41,196 nucleotides of DNA from a virus (lineage: Duplodnaviria > Caudoviricetes): IMG/VR virus record IMGVR_UViG_3300046012_000485, positions 1 to 41,196 of that record; one strand, written 5' to 3'. This document shows positions 35,404 through 41,196 of this stretch, one piece after another. The notes under the pieces were generated by a model. It did not search any database. It worked only from the letters and a program-made list of their open reading frames with translations, and had not been told where the DNA came from. The translations under genes and the position numbers were made by a program. The stretch's first letter is position 1. Each line of letters starts with the position of its first letter.

Positions 35404-37312
35404 TATCGCCACCGCCGCCCATATCGTCACCTTCGCCGCCGCCACCCATGCCAGGCGGCATCTCAGGCTCGGGCGGTTCTGGTGCGGCGTCCGGGTCTAT
35501 GCCGGCGTAAGGACCATCGCTGTCCTCGGCCAGGCGCTGACGCACCTCGGTCGGGTCGAGCACGCCGGCGTCCACGTAAACCTTGTCGCGGTCGGCCTCG
35601 GTCTTCTGGCGCTCGGCCTCTTCCTTCTCGTTCAACGAGTAGAGCGGCTTGAACTCGAAGCTCAAATCCTCATCCACCTTGCCCCACAGATTGATCTGAA
35701 TCATGTGGAAGATGCGCGTGAGGTTCGGCCGCAAGAAAGATTCCTGGAAGGCCTTGATCCACTCGTAGAAGGCCTGCATCTCGAACTCGGACGTGGCATT
35801 GAGGCCGGTCGGCGAGATACCCGTGTACTTCACGAGCGGAATGCCCGTCACCGAACAGATGTGCTCCTGGGACTGGGCCTGCAAGTCGGACAGGCCGCCG
35901 ATCGGCGCCGCCACGTTCTTAAAGTCTTCACTCTCCTTATCTATCACCACCAGCCCGCGATTGTTGCGAGTGACGTTGAAGAACTCAGCGCGATTGCGGA
36001 CGTTGCCCTCGCCTTCCTGCATGGTCGAGCCCATGTTTGTGCTCAAGATCATGATGGAGAAGGCTTCAATCAGGTCGCTGACACTCCCCCTGGTCCGCAG
36101 CCAATTGTCCACGCACTCCTTGGCGAGCTGCGAGAGCGATAGCCCACCGAACGCGTATGCCGGCTTCAACAGGTCGGGGACCTCACGGCCGATGAAGGTC
36201 AGCAGCCGCGTGGCGTGGACTTCCTTGCCCATGACAAACCAAGTCTCGGGCGTGTACCAGGTCGGCTTAAGCGGGTCAATCGCGTTATAGGCCGTTGGGT
36301 AAGTCCACACCGGCTCGACCGGCTGCAGGCGCTTAATCGTGCCCTTGCCGAGCTTATACATGCTGATCTTGTTCTGGCCGTCGCCGATCGGCGTCTTAAG
36401 CTCGATCGGATTATCCACATAGCCGGTATCAACGAAGAGGTGCGCGCGGCCAAAGAAGCCGTCCAGCTCCACCATCTTCTTGAAGCACTCTTTGACGTTC
36501 AGGCGCTCGAACTCCTTTTCGAGTTCAAGCACGCGCTTATCCTTGGCCTGCTTGGCCGCGAGCTTCTGCACCGCGGCCTCAGGGTCTTCGCCCTGAAGCT
36601 CTTCGCCGTCGTCAGGCTCGGCGCCTTCATCCGGCGGCAGCTCGTCCTGCTTTGAACCCTCAACGGCTTCGACCTTTTCGTCATCGGTATCCGGGTCGAA
36701 ATCGGTAGCCAGGGGGGAGGGCTTTTCCTCGGGCTCGGCCTGCTCGCCGTCCTCATCGCCGTTCTCGGACAGCTTGGCCTTGGCCGCTTCGAGCTGCTCC
36801 TGAGCCTGGTCGCCCTTGGCCTTTATCTCAATCCACTCGCGCGTCATCTCGGTGGCGATAATCTCCGAGATGCGGCGGTATTCGGCGCGCTGGGTCAGCT
36901 CCGCGAGATACGGATAGCCCATGAAGGTCACGCCTTGCGAGAAGGCGCCGTTGTAAATGCTGTTGGCCGCCCAACCGATCGCGGTCTCAATCGCCTCGTC
37001 CATCGCCACATGCTCACCATTGGGCACCACGCCTGGCATCGGTTTCGCGAAGGCGAAGACCTCGTGCGCGAGCTTCATGCTCTTGGGCCGGTCCATCTTG
37101 GCGGCGATCAGCATGGCCTCGGTCACGCGGAAGCCTGGCTTGTTGCTGGTCGCCTTTGGCGCCAGCTGCTTGGCCGGCGCATCCACGAACTGGTTCACCT
37201 GGTCGCGCAGCGTCTGGCGCTCCTTGGCGTTGCCACGCCGCAACGTCTTCTTCTTCGAAGGCTTGCGGCCGAGTTTGGTTTGCTTAGTAGGCTTGGTCCG
37301 GCGCAGCTTCAC
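35381..37312 (-). CDS. portal protein (DUF1073-like)
   Basis: FMGYPYLAELTQRAEYR, EMTREW, VHATRL, FGGLSLSQ, IPLVKYTGISPTGLNA; GTG start overlapping the upstream TGA. Confidence 0.9.
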   Translation of the reverse strand: MKLRRTKPTKQTKLGRKPSKKKTLRRGNAKERQTLRDQVNQFVDAPAKQLAPKATSNKPGFRVTEAMLIAAKMDRPKSMKLAHEVFAFAKPMPGVVPNGEHVAMDEAIETAIGWAANSIYNGAFSQGVTFMGYPYLAELTQRAEYRRISEIIATEMTREWIEIKAKGDQAQEQLEAAKAKLSENGDEDGEQAEPEEKPSPLATDFDPDTDDEKVEAVEGSKQDELPPDEGAEPDDGEELQGEDPEAAVQKLAAKQAKDKRVLELEKEFERLNVKECFKKMVELDGFFGRAHLFVDTGYVDNPIELKTPIGDGQNKISMYKLGKGTIKRLQPVEPVWTYPTAYNAIDPLKPTWYTPETWFVMGKEVHATRLLTFIGREVPDLLKPAYAFGGLSLSQLAKECVDNWLRTRGSVSDLIEAFSIMILSTNMGSTMQEGEGNVRNRAEFFNVTRNNRGLVVIDKESEDFKNVAAPIGGLSDLQAQSQEHICSVTGIPLVKYTGISPTGLNATSEFEMQAFYEWIKAFQESFLRPNLTRIFHMIQINLWGKVDEDLSFEFKPLYSLNEKEEAERQKTEADRDKVYVDAGVLDPTEVRQRLAEDSDGPYAGIDPDAAPEPPEPEMPPGMGGGGEGDDMGGGGDNGPPQEV

Positions 37313-37530
37313 TTGCAGAAGTCCGGCGCAGCCTGGTTGGCGATCTTCAAATCGTTCAGCATCGGGTCCACCTGGTTGAAGTGGGCCGATGAGATGCGTT
37401 GATCCGCGCCACCGACACTCTTGCCCGCGGCGAAGCACTCACGCCTGAGCTCGCTGCGCGAATGAGAGGCGACCAGCATCACCACGCACAGCAGCACGAA
37501 GAAGACGGCGCCCAGCAGTTTGTCTTTCAT
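37309..37530 (-). CDS. small membrane-anchored protein (73 aa)
   Basis: N-terminal hydrophobic helix; start and stop overlap the neighbours. Confidence 0.6.
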   Translation of the reverse strand: MKDKLLGAVFFVLLCVVMLVASHSRSELRRECFAAGKSVGGADQRISSAHFNQVDPMLNDLKIANQAAPDFCK

Positions 37531-37679
37531 AGAGCCCTCGCCACGCAGAAACAGAAGAAGGCCAGGACGCCAAGCGCCACGGCCGGGATATACATAATGA
37601 TGGGCGCATCAAGGCCGGCGGCGAACAAGCACAGCAGTCCTAGCGCGACGAAGATGACGGCCGGCGTATAGCGGATCAC
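37527..37679 (-). CDS. small two-TM membrane protein (50 aa; not in the ORF track)
   Basis: Read by hand: MIRYTPAVIFVALGLLCLFAAGLDAPIIMYIPAVALGVLAFFCFCVARAL*, with GTGA and ATGA overlaps. Confidence 0.65.
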   Translation of the reverse strand: MIRYTPAVIFVALGLLCLFAAGLDAPIIMYIPAVALGVLAFFCFCVARAL

Positions 37680-39466
37680 GTGAACTGGTTCACCTGGTCA
37701 TCGTCCACGAGCTGGACGTTCATGCCGGTGCGAGCCCAGAGCATGTCCTTCTCGGAGATAATAATTGCGCCCTTAAGCGGGAAGTAGTTCATCATAATGC
37801 TGTCCCCGAGGTTGGGGCTCTTGGCTCCATCTGGTTTCTTGTCGACTTTGATACGCATAGCCGTGTCGAATACGACCGTTGGCTGCGAGAGCTCGCGCTT
37901 GATCTGGGCGAGATTGTCCAGCCTGGACGGCAGCGAGATGAGTTCGCTCGGGTCATATTTGTAGACGCCGGGCTCGGTGACCATCTGGTGGGTCTTCTCG
38001 AAGCGCCGGCGTAGCATCCACCAGCCCTGCGCCTTGAGGTTCTTGGCGAAGTCTTCCCAGATGGGCGACTGCTTGTCACCCGGCACGACGTGGCGCTTTG
38101 ATTCGATTACGGCAGCGCCTGCATCCCATGGAATGAGCTGGTAGCCGCGCGGCATCTTGTGCTCTTTGGTGAGCCTGGCCGCCTCGCTCTTGACGCCGAC
38201 GCCAATGCCGATGCAGTCATATTGAATGTTCATGGGCGCGTAGCGCTGGCAGAGCGCCAGCGTCTTCCTGGTCGAGCCGCCCACACTCTCCTCATCGCCC
38301 GACCAGTCTTCTGCATAGAGCAGCACTGGGCCTTTGCGAATGGTCAGAGCGTTCAGGTCGCCGCCCTCGTCTGCAACGTCCAGAGCCGCACAGTGCGCGC
38401 CCATGGGCCGGAAGTCGAGCTTGAGGTGGGCATCCACCGCGGAGTTTACCCAGTCCGCTGGAATGATGACACCGACCAGCGATGCGGCCGCATCGCGATC
38501 CACTTCCTGGCGGAAGATATGGACCAAGCCCTCGCGCCGCGCCTTAGCAAGCCGCTGGTCATACCATTCTTGCGTCTTCGCCGGGTGATCCGACCAGTCC
38601 ATCTCCAGCATACGGACGAAGCCTGGCTTAATCTCCTTGCCGGGTAGCCACGAGATGGCTGAGTTGCGGCGCCGATCATAGACGGTGCCCAGGCCATTGA
38701 CGGTGGAGATGTCCACCTGGACTCGCGTGTTGTCGTTCAGCGCGGCTTCAACGAGTTCGGCGTGCTCGTAGTGTGCGCTCTCGTCCTTGAAGTACATGGA
38801 CTTGCGGCCGCCGCGGCCGATGTTATCGCCCATCTCGCCGGTGATAGAGCTCGCGGTCTCCGGATTGAGAATGCGCATGAAGCTTAGATGCTTGTCGTAG
38901 ACGAAGTTGCGCGGCAGGAAGAAGGTCGGCAACCCGCGGATAATCTGGCGTAGCTTCTCAAAGATGCTGTCTATGTCGCCGAGCCGGTCAACGAGCTCTT
39001 GCTTGCGCGATCCCCAGCCGACGCTCGTGCCCGGCATGAATATCCACATCCACACGGAGAAGGCACAGCAAACCCAGGTCGCGCCCATGTCGCGCGACTT
39101 GTCCACCAGGCCGTTCTCCTGGTCTTTGACCAGTTGGTGGAGGAACTGCACGAGCTCGTCTTGCTTCTTGAAGAGAATGAGCGGCAGCCTGGTCGGAGCC
39201 TGGCTGGAAACGTTTCGCGGATCGTAAGTGTCAACCCAGTGGTTTATGAAGTCAACCGGGTTTTCCGCGTAGTGCCTCCACATCGAGACGAAGAGCTCGG
39301 GCTGTACGGCTTCCACATCTTCAGGCTTGTTCTTGTTGAAGTCCCGCGCGGCCCTGATGTCTTCGGCCAGGCGCCCGATCATGTTGCTGCGCCAGGTCAT
39401 CACATCGGAGTAGTTCGGCGGCCATGAAGACTTGTCTAAGGTCTTTGGCGCCCAAGAGGCGTCCAT
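37676..39466 (-). CDS. terL: terminase large subunit
   Basis: Walker A KSRDMGATW, GRGGR, Walker B YFKDE, nuclease LDVADEGGD and SPNLGD. Confidence 0.92.
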   Translation of the reverse strand: MDASWAPKTLDKSSWPPNYSDVMTWRSNMIGRLAEDIRAARDFNKNKPEDVEAVQPELFVSMWRHYAENPVDFINHWVDTYDPRNVSSQAPTRLPLILFKKQDELVQFLHQLVKDQENGLVDKSRDMGATWVCCAFSVWMWIFMPGTSVGWGSRKQELVDRLGDIDSIFEKLRQIIRGLPTFFLPRNFVYDKHLSFMRILNPETASSITGEMGDNIGRGGRKSMYFKDESAHYEHAELVEAALNDNTRVQVDISTVNGLGTVYDRRRNSAISWLPGKEIKPGFVRMLEMDWSDHPAKTQEWYDQRLAKARREGLVHIFRQEVDRDAAASLVGVIIPADWVNSAVDAHLKLDFRPMGAHCAALDVADEGGDLNALTIRKGPVLLYAEDWSGDEESVGGSTRKTLALCQRYAPMNIQYDCIGIGVGVKSEAARLTKEHKMPRGYQLIPWDAGAAVIESKRHVVPGDKQSPIWEDFAKNLKAQGWWMLRRRFEKTHQMVTEPGVYKYDPSELISLPSRLDNLAQIKRELSQPTVVFDTAMRIKVDKKPDGAKSPNLGDSIMMNYFPLKGAIIISEKDMLWARTGMNVQLVDDDQVNQFT

Positions 39467-39958
39467 TTAGATGGGCCGCTTCAGAAGCTCTGCATAAGCC
39501 TCAACGGCCTCACGCGGCGAAAGCTGCGGCGTGATATTGACCATCGGCTTTGAGGAATCTCCGCTGTCTTCCGTCTTGATCTGAAGCGCCGCGAGCTTGG
39601 GATGGCAATAAGGCGCCGCATCCACCGCGCAGGCCTGCGCCTGATCGCGCAGTGTGCTGATCTTATCCATCAGCTTCAACATCTCAAGAACCTCAGGGTC
39701 CTTGCTCTTGATCTTTTCCGCGGTGAGCAAGTCCGCCAGCTCTCCAAGCTTGTCTGTGAGCTTCTCGGCGCGAAGCCAGTAATACCGCATATTGGTAATC
39801 ATCACCTCGGCCGGCGTCGCTTCGCCATCGCGCATGAGGCGGCGGATAATGCCGGCATCGCGGAATTGGTTTTCGCGTGGACGGCCGGAGTTCGGCCGAG
39901 GTCCGCCGTGCTGGCCTTTTTTCTTCGGAGGGATAACGGCCGGCGGCAGAACTTCCAC
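39467..39958 (-). CDS. terS: terminase small subunit
   Basis: HGGPRPNSGRPR basic motif, AAPYCHPKL; abuts terL. Confidence 0.7.
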   Translation of the reverse strand: MEVLPPAVIPPKKKGQHGGPRPNSGRPRENQFRDAGIIRRLMRDGEATPAEVMITNMRYYWLRAEKLTDKLGELADLLTAEKIKSKDPEVLEMLKLMDKISTLRDQAQACAVDAAPYCHPKLAALQIKTEDSGDSSKPMVNITPQLSPREAVEAYAELLKRPI

Positions 39959-40013
39959 TGTTTCACCTTAATTCAAGATAAACGATTGGTTTTCCTTAAC
40001 CCATACCTTGGTT

Positions 40014-40265
40014 TTAGATACCAGGACCAAGCATCATCCGCTTGCTTTTCGCGAAGTTCTTAGCTCTCACCGCCGCAGCACGGTCTCTATTCCAGCACTG
40101 CACCTCATAGAGCCAAACTTCAAGAAGGATCGCGTTCTTCTTGCGGTAAACCATGCGCAGCTTATTCGCAAGCCATGGAGCGATATAGCCCCAATGATTA
40201 TAGCAGAGAAAGCTGGTCGGCTTGTTGAGCTGCTTGGTGCAGCCAGGCCATCTACAATTGCTCAT
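40014..40265 (-). CDS. small putative zinc-binding protein
   Basis: C-x4-C..C-x2-HW; ATGA overlap with the NusG-like gene. Confidence 0.55.
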   Translation of the reverse strand: MSNCRWPGCTKQLNKPTSFLCYNHWGYIAPWLANKLRMVYRKKNAILLEVWLYEVQCWNRDRAAAVRAKNFAKSKRMMLGPGI

Positions 40266-40840
40266 GGTGTAACCACCGGACCTCCTCGTGAAGTCCGCTC
40301 TCTACGCCCGTACTGCGGCGCGTGAGTCCCTTTTGTTGTTGTTATAGGACCGGCAGGCTTTACTTGGTGAGAAGGAATTGGAACTTTAAATGCTCGCCCG
40401 AATAAGACCATAGACAAATTAATAAAGCCTTTACTTTTACTGACAAAGGGACCGCGGTGCCCTTCCCAGGCGCCGCTCGTCACCACGCCAAGCTCTCCAG
40501 TCGTCCAGGCATAGACAAACCGCTCAGCCTCCTCGGGCCCGAATTTCCCAAGAGCTAGGCGCTCTCTGAGGTCGTCAATAAAATCTCCAGGCAGAGACAG
40601 GGGGGTTGGGCAACCTACTGGGAGGAGCCGACTGATCCCTCGGACCCCGTTGATTGGTTCCCAATAGTCGCGCTCTACGTCGAACTCTATGAAGATATAC
40701 GGCCCGAAGACAGGTCGGCCGTCGTGGCAGGGCAGGAGGGTTCGGAAGGCTTCCCGATCGCCGTAAGGCTTCTCCAGCTCTCTCTGGGCGATGTGGGTCA
40801 GGCCTGCCTGTGTCCTGGCAGCATACCACCGCTTACCCAT
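40262..40840 (-). CDS. NusG/RfaH-family transcription antiterminator
   Basis: WYAART, PVFGPYIFIEF and INGVRGISRLL (NGN domain); VTSGAWEGHRG..LFGR (KOW). Confidence 0.8.
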   Translation of the reverse strand: MGKRWYAARTQAGLTHIAQRELEKPYGDREAFRTLLPCHDGRPVFGPYIFIEFDVERDYWEPINGVRGISRLLPVGCPTPLSLPGDFIDDLRERLALGKFGPEEAERFVYAWTTGELGVVTSGAWEGHRGPFVSKSKGFINLSMVLFGRAFKVPIPSHQVKPAGPITTTKGTHAPQYGRRERTSRGGPVVTP

Positions 40841-41196
40841 CCTAACCCCTCAAAACAGCCGAGGGAGGTCTTAGCCTGCAGGCCGGCCGAGGGCCAGGGG
40901 GCAATATAATTCCCAATAAGTTCATGCCTAAACCGCCCGAAATACGCATGATCTTATTGGCACCCCTATTATATTGGCAAATTCCAAAAGGACTATTTCG
41001 TAAAAAAAAATTAATCATTGTCTCCCAAGGGGGTCTAGCGATTAAAATAACCCCCTGTTTTTAAACACCTTTTTTTAGGACTATATTCCTAACAACATGA
41101 AGCTCTTTTATATTGGTGAACATCTCTCCCTCAAAGCTAATAACATTGAGCCTTTTCAAGGTCTTATCCAAAAAGACTAATAGAGACATCTGCCTC
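40841..41196. promoter_or_regulatory. mostly AT-rich non-coding control region upstream of the late operon
   Basis: No ORF in the track, sharp GC drop after ~40900, A/T tracts and short repeats; the exact promoter was not identified. Confidence 0.55.

Noticed and set aside
37313-37438. N-terminal extension of the portal in the ORF track (similar over-long starts at 2149, 19446, 19609, 21390, 21902, 35445)
   Set aside because: They overlap upstream genes; downstream starts with an RBS or stop-start coupling fit better
1-41196. Contractile injection system/tailocin, stop-codon reassignment, tRNAs, integrase
   Set aside because: Terminase, portal and capsid show a true phage; genes are intact in the standard code with TAA, TAG and TGA all used as stops; no tRNA or integrase was recognised, so lifestyle cannot be determined from this window

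Overview
About 41 kb of a GC-rich tailed phage (myovirus) of a probable Gram-negative host. Nearly everything from 40840 down to 761 is one minus-strand late operon: a NusG/RfaH-like regulator, terminase, DUF1073-type portal, MuF-like minor head protein, DUF2213-type prohead protease with a nested scaffold, decoration protein, DUF2184-type capsid, neck, sheath, tube, frameshifted tail chaperones, tape measure, baseplate, fibre and lysis genes, closed by an intrinsic terminator at about 697-733. A few small plus-strand genes converge on it from the left. An ~8.7 kb accessory block lies between MuF and the protease. It holds (i) two DUF6527-like metal-binding proteins; (ii) a coupled cassette of a fibre-like protein, a glutaredoxin-like protein, a Gly/Asn/Pro-rich protein, a dUTPase-like-fold protein and a 2OG-Fe(II) oxygenase, which may post-translationally modify an adhesin; and (iii) a Nudix hydrolase, a ParB + ADP-ribosyltransferase polyprotein and a His-rich protein. 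The group (iii) proteins share an LA[MHNQ]D motif with the head proteins, and the last two also carry an F-x-E-x-x-HPR-x3-G-x-F tag, suggesting protease-processed effectors packaged in the capsid. All family names come from motif recognition and gene order, not from database searches.
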